From the IMG/VR virus record IMGVR_UViG_3300036803_000057, positions 1 through 42,727 of that record: DNA of 42,727 nucleotides. One strand, 5' to 3'. The first letter of the stretch is position 1; each line of letters opens with the position of its first letter. The stretch is from a virus (Duplodnaviria; Caudoviricetes). This document shows positions 26,424-34,934 of this stretch, piece after piece. The translations under genes were made by a program, and so were the position numbers. Below the pieces are notes generated by a model that saw nothing but the letters and a program-made list of their open reading frames with translations, was not told where the DNA came from and searched no databases.

Positions 26424-27151
26424 TAGGTTGCGCTCCTTGCCTGTACGCCTTGCTGGGTGGTTCCCCGGCTGCGGTCGGCTTGCCCCACCAACGCCAACCA
26501 TTCACCGATGAAGATGTTGCGCTGAGTGGCGGTCAAACCGTCCTGCGTTCCGAGTAGATGGGAGACGAATTTTTGCGAAAAAATGGGTAGGCGAACGTCT
26601 TTCGTGAGCATGGAGAGCATCGCCAAAAAACCCCAGTCGTAGATGTAGCTGAGGTTGTCGGGGATGGGGTTCCAGCTAGACGCCATAGAGGTCATCTGCA
26701 CGGCGGCTTTCTGATAGAAGCCGCCCAACGTGTAGCTTGTCTTATTCGGGCTGGGGTTCTTGGGTTGGTCGGGGAGGGTGTTGAGTCGGATGGTGATGCC
26801 GTCGTCGTCCTGCGACTCGACGGCGCAACTCTGCGGACGGGCAACCGCGCTCTCGACGGACAGGGAACTTTTTATCTCGATCTCCTTAGCCTTGCCCGTG
26901 CTGTCGATGAGCCAAACCTGTTCAAGATAGCCGTAGTTTGTGACCGGGAAAAAGTAGTCCTGTACGTCGGTGACTTCGATCTCGACTTCCCCGCGATTCC
27001 ACGGCCATACGAAGGGTGCGCCCAACATCGTTTGCTTGACGAGATTGGCGCAATTCAACGCGGGTTCGCCGTTCGATATGTTGGCGGGTTGGTAGCCGAT
27101 GAACGGCAACGCAAACAACACGCTTGACGTGAGGTTCCTGGTGGCTGGCAT
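26423..27151 (-). CDS. Head-tail adaptor-like protein
   Basis: GGAGG RBS, TAATG; PFVWPWNR and PIPD motifs. Confidence 0.6.
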   Translation of the reverse strand: MPATRNLTSSVLFALPFIGYQPANISNGEPALNCANLVKQTMLGAPFVWPWNRGEVEIEVTDVQDYFFPVTNYGYLEQVWLIDSTGKAKEIEIKSSLSVESAVARPQSCAVESQDDDGITIRLNTLPDQPKNPSPNKTSYTLGGFYQKAAVQMTSMASSWNPIPDNLSYIYDWGFLAMLSMLTKDVRLPIFSQKFVSHLLGTQDGLTATQRNIFIGEWLALVGQADRSRGTTQQGVQARSAT

Positions 27152-28203
27152 TATCCCCACCCTCCTTGCCATCGGTACGGGTACGGCCCCTGATCTTGCA
27201 CGAAGGTCGGGGATGCAATCGGGCGGTCGGGGAAGAATCCTTTTGACTCGTCCTCGCGGTCGCCCTGCTTGGCTGCGGCTCCCATCGCATCCAGCCAGTT
27301 CTGGCGCATCATCTGGAATTTTGCAGTCACGGCGGGGTTCGAGGAGTAGCGGTGCGCGTAGGCGATGAAGCCGTCCGTAAACCACTTCATGTAGTCATCG
27401 GGGATGGGGTCTAGGTACTGCTGAAGGTTGACGAAGCGCGGCGGTGCCTTGCGCTGCGCGAACAAGCGGCATAACCACACGTTGCCTCCGCTGGGCGGTC
27501 GGGGGGTGAAGCGGAACCCCTGGGCGTGCGGGTCGCACACCGTCCACTCGCATGTGCCATCCACGATGACGATGCCAACCGGGTAGTCTTCCGGCTCCTG
27601 GGCGTCGGGGTCAGAGGGCGGCGGCGTCCACGGTGGGGCGACGGGCGGCACAAGTCCGGTGACGCCATACTTGGTCAAAGTCAGAATGTCGCCGTCCGGG
27701 TTGAGGATGGAGGTCTGTTTGTTGTTGTTCTGTGTGGTCTGACTGATTGGGTTGGTGTAGATAATCCCCGGCCCCGGCCAACCCGCATACTCCAGTTGGT
27801 CATTCGGAAACCAGCAGTATTCTCCGGGGAATCCTCCCACAGAGTTGTCTATGGCGAGATCGCGCACGGCGGTTACAGGCCATGACGGGGGCGGAACCTG
27901 GGTGTTGTTGATGTCGATGCGAACCCCGTTCTCAACCCATCCGATGATGCCGATGTTTTGTGATGGGTAGTCCTGTTGCAACGGCGTGAGCACGAAGGGC
28001 GGAATCTTCAGGCGGTTCCACTTCCACGGAAACCGCTCGGCAATAAGCTCCTGCATGACGTTGTTGGCGATGGTGAGCGCGGGTTGGTCGGCATAACCTC
28101 CCGTGTTCTTCAAAACGGGGGTGAGATCGCCAATGACGGCAACCTCATCCACCACGTCCTGAATCTTCACGTTGCTGTTGCTGTTCGTCGGATTCAACGC
28201 CAC
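27151..28203 (-). CDS. Head-tail adaptor-like protein
   Basis: RFPWKWNR, FRFTPRP and PIPDDY motifs. Confidence 0.6.
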   Translation of the reverse strand: MALNPTNSNSNVKIQDVVDEVAVIGDLTPVLKNTGGYADQPALTIANNVMQELIAERFPWKWNRLKIPPFVLTPLQQDYPSQNIGIIGWVENGVRIDINNTQVPPPSWPVTAVRDLAIDNSVGGFPGEYCWFPNDQLEYAGWPGPGIIYTNPISQTTQNNNKQTSILNPDGDILTLTKYGVTGLVPPVAPPWTPPPSDPDAQEPEDYPVGIVIVDGTCEWTVCDPHAQGFRFTPRPPSGGNVWLCRLFAQRKAPPRFVNLQQYLDPIPDDYMKWFTDGFIAYAHRYSSNPAVTAKFQMMRQNWLDAMGAAAKQGDREDESKGFFPDRPIASPTFVQDQGPYPYRWQGGWG

Positions 28204-28215
28204 GGCACACCTCGA

Positions 28216-28749
28216 CTATCGTTTGTCCTTGCCGTTGTCCTTGTCTTTTTGCGCTGACTCAACCTGTTTCCGTCGCGTTGCGGCGTCTTTTCTGCGTTGG
28301 TCGGGGTCGTGCATCTTGAGTGCCGCAACCGCCGTCTCCATCGAAGAATCGCGCATCTCATCCGGGTCTTGGAGGAGATTCGTTACCAGTTGGAGCCGCT
28401 TGTTCTGGTCAACCTGGATGGCATTTAGCTCATCGTTCGCGGCCTCGTTCTTCTCGGCCTGATTGATGAGGTAGGCGCGGCGGTCGCGCATGGCGATTTG
28501 CTCGGCGGTCTGCCCTTCGCTCAACTTCTCATAGTCGATGCGGCCCTTCGCGGGGTCGCCGGGGGTGTACTTGGTTTCCTCGGTGTATTTGCGGCTGCGG
28601 GTGGCGTTCGCGTGCTCTCCCGTTCCTGCTCCTCTTGGCTGTTCTGCGACTGCGGTGGTCATGGCTCGTCTCTCTTTCTGCGGTGGCTTGCGTGGAGTGG
28701 TGATCTCGCGGCTTCGCTTCATGCGCGGGATAGGTTTATGGAGCATCAA
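28216..28749 (-). CDS. Hypothetical protein (start may be 28662)
   Basis: Charged helical ORF in the late operon. Confidence 0.65.
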   Translation of the reverse strand: MMLHKPIPRMKRSREITTPRKPPQKERRAMTTAVAEQPRGAGTGEHANATRSRKYTEETKYTPGDPAKGRIDYEKLSEGQTAEQIAMRDRRAYLINQAEKNEAANDELNAIQVDQNKRLQLVTNLLQDPDEMRDSSMETAVAALKMHDPDQRRKDAATRRKQVESAQKDKDNGKDKR

Positions 28750-29219
28750 GCGGCGTCTCGGTTGTCGGTGATCTGGAAAAGCTGGGTTCCGCTCATTAGG
28801 TTGTCGGTGGGGAACTCAATGGCCTTGACGTACTCGACATAGAGCCGCTTATATTCGGCCTTGTTCTCGATTGAGGCTCCCTTGCGATTCAGTGCAAGCG
28901 GGGGCGGCTCCCACACCTTCCCGCATCTCTGACAGACGACGATGATGGGGCCGTGACAGAGTTGGTGCTTCACCACGGCGTAGTAGTTATCGGTGCCGCG
29001 TGACAGCATCTCTACCCCCTTGCCGCCCTTCTTGTGCCAACAAGCGGCCTGTGCCGCCTCCTGTCGTCGCATGGCGGCTTTGAGGTCGCCGTCACGGGCT
29101 GCAATGCGGCGGCGTTTCGATTCGCGGTGATTGCGAATGGTTTCTACTCTGTCCCGCAGTTCTTCCAGTTGCAGGGCTTCCAGTTCTGCGGCTACTGCTG
29201 CTTTGTCTGGTGGTGGCAT
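28746..29219 (-). CDS. Hypothetical Zn-binding protein
   Basis: AAGGAGG RBS; CWHKKGG, KHQ, CQRC. Confidence 0.75.
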   Translation of the reverse strand: MPPPDKAAVAAELEALQLEELRDRVETIRNHRESKRRRIAARDGDLKAAMRRQEAAQAACWHKKGGKGVEMLSRGTDNYYAVVKHQLCHGPIIVVCQRCGKVWEPPPLALNRKGASIENKAEYKRLYVEYVKAIEFPTDNLMSGTQLFQITDNRDAA

Positions 29220-29327
29220 TTTTCAACCCTCCTTGTGGGTTGGGTGGAAGGGGGAAGAGGGAGATCGTCGCGCCCTTCTCCCTCGTAGTAGTTGCATGAC
29301 TATGCGCGAACTTCCCCCTCCAGCTTT

Positions 29328-30476
29328 CTAGGTGATGGCGGTAGCTGCATCGGCGTAGCGGATACGTTGAACGGGGTCGGGCGGGAGGGTCGCGGTGTAC
29401 ATGGTGTTGTACGAAGCGAACCCGCCAATCATCCGCGATGGGTCGTAGCCGGACGGCTCCGTCAATCGCTTCACCCACACCTGCATGTTGCGCCAATCGC
29501 CGTCGCCAATTTGGGTATTTTCTTTGGCTCCGAACGAGATGCCGATAACCCCATCCCGTCCGATGACGTAGGTACGCATCTTGGGCGGCGTACCCGCAGT
29601 TACCTTGACGAGTGTGGATTGGTGGAAGCTCACTCCACCCCAGTCGATGACGCTAACCGCATCGCCATCGGGTGAGGGAAGCTCGCGCAAACGCTCCTGG
29701 CCTTCCGCAGTCCGTTTTAAAACGTCCGTGATGCCGTTCGGCTGCGTGCTCATCAGAATGTCGCCCACCAAAAGCGGATGGATGACTCCGGTGAAGCGTC
29801 CGTTCTCGAAGGGCAGGGCATTGACGGACGCAAGCGACTGCGCCATTGCCGTGATGTCCTGCGCGACAAGTCCGGTGGCGTTGATGGGGGTGTAGTCAAC
29901 CAGCGCGTCAACCGCTCCGGCTCCATCTGCGGTGTTCTGGATGATGGTGTTGATAACCTGCGCCAAGCGGTAGGCCATCTGCACGCCTAACGCTTCTAGG
30001 GCGGGGTCGATGGCGGTCTGAAGGGCGTAGGTCGAGATATTCGCGTAATCGGCATAATTTCCGATAACGCTGGTGTTCTGTACGACGCTGACGGTGAGGC
30101 CCGTTTGAATCGTGCCTTCCGGTGCCTGGGTGAGCGGCGGGGCCGGGAGGTTCTGGTACATGAAGAGGGCAAGTTTGTTACCTGCTCCCTCGTCCAAAGT
30201 CCGGCGCGACGTGCATCTCACCCACGGCGTTTCAGCTTTAAGGTTTTCGATAAAAACTTTATCGAAAGAGGTAACTACAGACTGAGGCAAATTGGTTGTT
30301 AAGTTCGATGCTGGCGAGACGCCAACACCAAACGCGCCGTCCACGCGGTATCGCGCGACGTTCCCCGTCCAGAACATGAATTGTCCGCCGATGGCGCAAA
30401 CAAATTCGAGTGCCGGGATGAGGTACTTGGTTGCAAACTTCGTGCCGCGTGCTGCGGCGTCGGATGTGTGTCGCAT
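29328..30476 (-). CDS. Major capsid protein (N4-gp56-like)
   Basis: Follows scaffold; APEG..TG, GNYADY, AIDP, GVIHP, GGVSF, YDPSRMIGG motifs. Confidence 0.8.
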   Translation of the reverse strand: MRHTSDAAARGTKFATKYLIPALEFVCAIGGQFMFWTGNVARYRVDGAFGVGVSPASNLTTNLPQSVVTSFDKVFIENLKAETPWVRCTSRRTLDEGAGNKLALFMYQNLPAPPLTQAPEGTIQTGLTVSVVQNTSVIGNYADYANISTYALQTAIDPALEALGVQMAYRLAQVINTIIQNTADGAGAVDALVDYTPINATGLVAQDITAMAQSLASVNALPFENGRFTGVIHPLLVGDILMSTQPNGITDVLKRTAEGQERLRELPSPDGDAVSVIDWGGVSFHQSTLVKVTAGTPPKMRTYVIGRDGVIGISFGAKENTQIGDGDWRNMQVWVKRLTEPSGYDPSRMIGGFASYNTMYTATLPPDPVQRIRYADAATAIT

Positions 30477-30502
30477 GTGACTATCTCCCTAACGGGTGAA
30501 GG

Positions 30503-31360
30503 TCACGCGCCTCCTAGCTCGTCTACCTGTTTGCGAAATATCGGGTCACGCAATCGCGCCTCATACTCCGCTCTCGGCATAGATTCCAGTTCCGCGCGTG
30601 TCAGTCTTTTGCGGGGCGTTGGTGCCGGGGGTAGAGCGGATGCGTCTTGCCGTCGTATCCCCGTTGAAACGCTCCTCGGTCTGGTCACTGTAGGAGTGGG
30701 AGGGGTCGGCTCCGCATATCCGTTGGGTGTTGCGTAGTTCCCGTTCTCGCCGGGGGGCGGGATGCGGGGTTGTCCTTCGTTCTCTCCGGTCGGCCACGGT
30801 ATCATCTCGCCCTGATCGTCTAAGGTTTGGAAGACGATAGACAAGTTGTTGCGCGTGAGGTCGTAGTTGTTGGCCTTAAGCGTAGCGAAGAGTTTGTCTC
30901 GGTTCTGCTGTACCGGATAGTAATCCGGGTTGTCCTTCACAAACGCCTCTGCCTCGGCTCGGTAGTAGGCGTCCCTTGCTCCCTGGCTTACAGCGGCGGT
31001 GGTTGCTACGGCCGCTTTTGGGGCAACTCCCCCCTGGGCTGCGGTGACGATCTCCGTCACGGCCTCCACAACTGTTTCAGGCTGGCTCAACTGCTCCGCT
31101 AACCGCATACGATCTGCCGGGGCAACGGTCTTGTCCTGCAAGGTCAAGGTCTGCGGTACGTTGGCGCGGTCGGGGGTGAGTAGGCGGCTGATTCTCTTGT
31201 TGGCGTTGGCTTGCGATTCCAGCAGTTTTGCCGCTACTTCCTTGTAGTCTTTCCCCCTGAAGGTTGACACCCGGACGCCTTTGTCCGTCTCCACGTATCC
31301 GGTAATCCAACCCTCGGCATCTGGTTCGCCGTCATTCTCCCATACTGCTCTCATTGCCAT
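30503..31360 (-). CDS. Capsid scaffolding protein
   Basis: Directly upstream of MCP; Pro-rich linker and C-terminal LTRAELESMPRAEYEARL. Confidence 0.7.
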   Translation of the reverse strand: MAMRAVWENDGEPDAEGWITGYVETDKGVRVSTFRGKDYKEVAAKLLESQANANKRISRLLTPDRANVPQTLTLQDKTVAPADRMRLAEQLSQPETVVEAVTEIVTAAQGGVAPKAAVATTAAVSQGARDAYYRAEAEAFVKDNPDYYPVQQNRDKLFATLKANNYDLTRNNLSIVFQTLDDQGEMIPWPTGENEGQPRIPPPGENGNYATPNGYAEPTPPTPTVTRPRSVSTGIRRQDASALPPAPTPRKRLTRAELESMPRAEYEARLRDPIFRKQVDELGGA

Positions 31361-31752
31361 TTCTCCTGGTTCTCCGCGTACTCCGATGGCATGGGCCGGG
31401 TGGGGTCAAGAATGTTCTCCTGATCTTGTTCGCCCTGCGTTAACTCGGGTACTAGAGGTTGTGTTGCGATGCTGTTGAGGTAGAGGGAGATTTCAGAGTC
31501 GATCTTCTCTTGCAGGTGCGTGAATATCTGCCACGCTGCTTTTGCCATCTTGTGATTCGCTAACACTTCCAACTCTTGCTCCGCGTCGGTGTTGATGAGC
31601 GCGGCTTCCGTCTCGATACAAACCATCTCCATCACGTCCAACACGTCTTGCCACTCCGCGCTGTTGCGTACCTGCATGATGTTCCGGCGTGCCTGGGCCG
31701 TGAGGGTCGCGGTTACTCCGAAACGTCGCTCGGTGCGGACGGCTTCAGACAT
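31351..31752 (-). CDS. Head-module hypothetical protein
   Basis: GGAGG RBS before MSEAVRT; helical. Confidence 0.7.
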   Translation of the reverse strand: MSEAVRTERRFGVTATLTAQARRNIMQVRNSAEWQDVLDVMEMVCIETEAALINTDAEQELEVLANHKMAKAAWQIFTHLQEKIDSEISLYLNSIATQPLVPELTQGEQDQENILDPTRPMPSEYAENQEKWQ

Positions 31753-32122
31753 TCGCGGCCTCCGTCTGCGGATGCGGCGTCGTTGTGGCTTCCACCACTG
31801 CCCGGAGATGGGCAACGCTGTAAATAATGCCGGGGTCTTTTCTGACTCCGGTGGCAAAATACACGTCCCATGAATCGCAGATAATCCCGCGATTTCTGAG
31901 CGAGTTTTGCGCGGAGCGGTAGATCGCTCCAGTCATGCTGTAGGACAACTCCAATGGGTTGTCGTTGATTGCGTTGCCGTACCCGGCTGCGCGGAGTAAC
32001 CCCATGAGGTCATAGCTGCTGCGGGGGCCGTTCAAGAGCGCGGTCGTGATGATCGCGTCAATCTCAGGTTGGGCCTTGTGGTAGGCGGCGTTGTCGGTTA
32101 CTGCCCAATCACGCAACGGCAT
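31745..32122 (-). CDS. Hypothetical (possibly winged-helix) protein
   Basis: GGAGG RBS; LLNGPRSSYDL...GAIYRS...L.NRGII resembles PadR-like wHTH. Confidence 0.55.
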   Translation of the reverse strand: MPLRDWAVTDNAAYHKAQPEIDAIITTALLNGPRSSYDLMGLLRAAGYGNAINDNPLELSYSMTGAIYRSAQNSLRNRGIICDSWDVYFATGVRKDPGIIYSVAHLRAVVEATTTPHPQTEAANV

Positions 32123-32336
32123 CGGGTTCCTCCTCCACGTCGAATCCGCGCAACTTCGCGGCCTGCGCGAATAGTGCCATTCCCTCTTTGCTGTCCACTC
32201 CGGGGTAGACGAAGGTGAGGATTCCGGTAATTGCATCGCGGGTGATGAGCACGGCGGCATCGCTCCGGGTGAACGTTCCGGCCTTCATCTGCTCGATGAT
32301 GTTGGTCAACTCTTCGACTACCGTTTTACCTTTCAT
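32109..32336 (-). CDS. Hypothetical protein
   Basis: GGAGG RBS just after the portal stop. Confidence 0.65.
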   Translation of the reverse strand: MKGKTVVEELTNIIEQMKAGTFTRSDAAVLITRDAITGILTFVYPGVDSKEGMALFAQAAKLRGFDVEEEPDAVA

Positions 32337-32337
32337 T

Positions 32338-34458
32338 TCAGCCTCCTCCCGTGGGTGCGAAGTACTGGCTTGACTGCATCCCGCGCTCATCGGCGGTGCG
32401 CTCGGCAAAGGCGGCGGCGCGTTCGATGGGCGATTGCACGACGCTCTTGTGCGTCGTGTCGATGGTCTTGGTGGCGATGCGTCCGGCAATCTTCTTGTCC
32501 TCAAGCTGCATGTCGTTCTGGTGCTTCTGATTCAGTTCGGCGGCTGCGGCCTGGGCCTTGATCGCGGCGGGGTTCTGCTGCACCATCATTTGCTTCTCCT
32601 GGTCGGTCATCGGCACAACCAGATCGGCGCGGTTCTTCCACTCGCTCATATCCAGAACCATCTTGACCAACTCCATCGCGTTCACCTTGTAGCCGATTTG
32701 CGATAGCTGTTGGATGAGGGCTTGGTTGGAGAACACTTCAAGCAGGAAGGGGAGGGCTTGCGCCATGCGGTTTCGCGCGGCGAGTTTTGTACCTGCAAGA
32801 GTTTCAAATTTGACGTTGGTGTTCATAAAATCACCAAAGTCAACTACGAGGTCGGGCGTTCGGTCGCCTAACACGGCGCGGATTTCCTTGATTGGCATCC
32901 GCTCCTTCACCATCTGGTAGAGGAATTGCAGGAAGGGAATAAACACCCCGTCAACAAACCGCTCCACGGGCATCTGCAACCTGCCGGACGAGGCCGCGCT
33001 TATCATCCCGGCCCCTGTACCGGAGTGACCGATGCTGGAACCCCGTCCGGGGAGAACGCCTTGCACGCTGGCTTGATCGGCTCCGCTCGCGCCTTCGCTC
33101 GACATCACGGACGCCTGGATAGCTCTCCACGCATCGGTGGGAACCTGGGGCTGCGGCACTAGCGCGACGGCACGGGTCGCGTCGTTGCCTTCCACCATGC
33201 GTATCCCGCCTAGCCGCCGCCGCTGGTCTTGGGTGGGTACGTTCGCTCCCCTGGCGATGGCGTACTCCGGCTGCACGGCAAACGCCAAAATATCCAAGAT
33301 CGCATTAACCATTCCCTGCTCTACGCGCTGGTCGGCTCCGCTAATGCGGCCAACCCCCATCCCCCATCCGCTATTGTCGATGTCCCAATAGTTCGCGGCA
33401 AGGAAAGGTTTTTCGGGGAGTTTGTGGGGGCCGTTGCGGATGACGCATTTCTGTTGAAGCACCACCCGAACCTGCCGCTTATCCCACCATTCCAGAACTT
33501 GCATCGGCTTTAAGAGCGGGTCTTCGCTGAAGTCCTCATCCGGTCGCTGCGCGTGATGGACGCTGGTATTCGAGATGAGCGCGTCGGCTATTGCGTCCTG
33601 GGCTTTGGTCTGTTCGATGTCCTCCATGAAGATCGCGCGGAGTACGTCGTCGCTGGGGATGTCGTAGTCTTCGTTCTCGCGTAGTAACTGCAAATCGTAG
33701 TAATTGAGATAGTCCTCATAGACTATCCAACGCGCCTTCCAAATTTGATTGGGGTTGCACCATTTCGGGTCGGGAAAAACTTGGCCTAATCGACACTTCT
33801 CGAATACCGGGCGGTTGCGCGTTATCTCTACGTCCACGGCCTCAAACTCGTCTGACTCTTCGGTGGTGATATTGAGCGGAGGGCCAATGGGCATCGCCAC
33901 TTGCGGCTGCGCGTTCTTGCGGACGTAGTGCGTCTCAATGGTCGTCTCTGTCTCCCACCCGATTTTGAAGATGACCGTCCCGCTGTTGGTCATGGACTGG
34001 ATGCCGTAGCTGCACTCCTGCTTGAAGTTGATCTCGTCCAGCAGTTCTGACACAAGCTCCACCCATGCGCGTACTGTGTCCTGGTGGGTGTTGGGCCGGG
34101 GCCGCGCTCCAAAGGGTGTCGGGTCAGAAAAAATGGCTCCCGTGATCGCCGGAGCCAATGAGTTTGTCTGCTTTGCAACCGTGAATCTTGAGACGTTGGA
34201 GCGGGTGACGCTGGAACCTTCAAAGGTGCTCATCGTGCGCGGCGATTGGTAGAGGATGTCACTTTCTGACCACTGCAACGGCCAACGGCGGTCGTTGAGC
34301 CACGCGGTTGCTGCTTGCCAGTCTTGGACAACGATGCTTAGGACGGCGGCATCTGTGTATTTTGGGGGGATTTCGGGGCGGGTGTAGGTGGTTATATCTT
34401 TGGGGTTTACGGGGGTACTTGGGATTGATGTTTCCCGTAATGTCGCCAAAGCACCCAT
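32338..34458 (-). CDS. Portal protein (P22/T7-like podoviral type)
   Basis: 706 aa between TerL and scaffold; GTVIFKIGW, FPDP, GWGMGVG motifs, helical Q-rich C-terminus. Confidence 0.85.
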   Translation of the reverse strand: MGALATLRETSIPSTPVNPKDITTYTRPEIPPKYTDAAVLSIVVQDWQAATAWLNDRRWPLQWSESDILYQSPRTMSTFEGSSVTRSNVSRFTVAKQTNSLAPAITGAIFSDPTPFGARPRPNTHQDTVRAWVELVSELLDEINFKQECSYGIQSMTNSGTVIFKIGWETETTIETHYVRKNAQPQVAMPIGPPLNITTEESDEFEAVDVEITRNRPVFEKCRLGQVFPDPKWCNPNQIWKARWIVYEDYLNYYDLQLLRENEDYDIPSDDVLRAIFMEDIEQTKAQDAIADALISNTSVHHAQRPDEDFSEDPLLKPMQVLEWWDKRQVRVVLQQKCVIRNGPHKLPEKPFLAANYWDIDNSGWGMGVGRISGADQRVEQGMVNAILDILAFAVQPEYAIARGANVPTQDQRRRLGGIRMVEGNDATRAVALVPQPQVPTDAWRAIQASVMSSEGASGADQASVQGVLPGRGSSIGHSGTGAGMISAASSGRLQMPVERFVDGVFIPFLQFLYQMVKERMPIKEIRAVLGDRTPDLVVDFGDFMNTNVKFETLAGTKLAARNRMAQALPFLLEVFSNQALIQQLSQIGYKVNAMELVKMVLDMSEWKNRADLVVPMTDQEKQMMVQQNPAAIKAQAAAAELNQKHQNDMQLEDKKIAGRIATKTIDTTHKSVVQSPIERAAAFAERTADERGMQSSQYFAPTGGG

Positions 34459-34651
34459 AACCGTCCCTTTTTTAGACTTCAGGAGATATACGGGTTTGGG
34501 CCTTACTCTAGCCGCTTCCGCAACTTGCGTTCTCCCGGCCTCGTGTCGATCTGGGCCGGGGATTAGTTGGTTCGGTGATTATTACCACCGTAACGGGGGG
34601 TAGCACAACCTTTCGCTTCGGCTTCGCTAGTATTTTTGCTAGAAGCAAAGA

Positions 34652-34682
34652 CGGCCCCCATCGCTGGGGGCCGCTCTGTTTT
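34652..34682. terminator. Bidirectional terminator-like hairpin
   Basis: CGGCCCCCA-TCGC-TGGGGGCCG with T-rich flanks on both strands. Confidence 0.65.
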
Positions 34683-34694
34683 GGGCCTCTACCG

Positions 34695-34787
34695 TCAACG
34701 TTTCCGTCTGAGGTATACTACCCATGCAATCAAGAGGGCTTTGGAAAACGCCTTGACTGCTGCACTGCTTATGACAAGTATCATCAT
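34695..34787 (-). CDS. 30-aa hydrophobic peptide, candidate type I toxin
   Basis: GAGAGG RBS; MMILVISSAAVKAFSKALLIAWVVYLRRKR. Confidence 0.55.
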   Translation of the reverse strand: MMILVISSAAVKAFSKALLIAWVVYLRRKR

Positions 34788-34846
34788 AAGAAGTACCTCT
34801 CTTTCCGAGTTAGGCCCGATGTTTCAGCATCGGGCCTTTCTCTTTG
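34725..34846 (+). ncRNA. Candidate antisense RNA (5' end uncertain)
   Basis: + strand terminator AGGCCCGATG...CATCGGGCCT-TTCTCTTT (34812-34845) within a - strand region; TATACT at 34714-34719. Confidence 0.4.
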
Positions 34847-34934
34847 ATAGTTGCCATTGGCAACATCTCTCAGGGAGGGCGCGATGCAGTTACCCGGCAA
34901 CTTCGGAAAGTGCCTGTCTCTATTCTACATGTAG

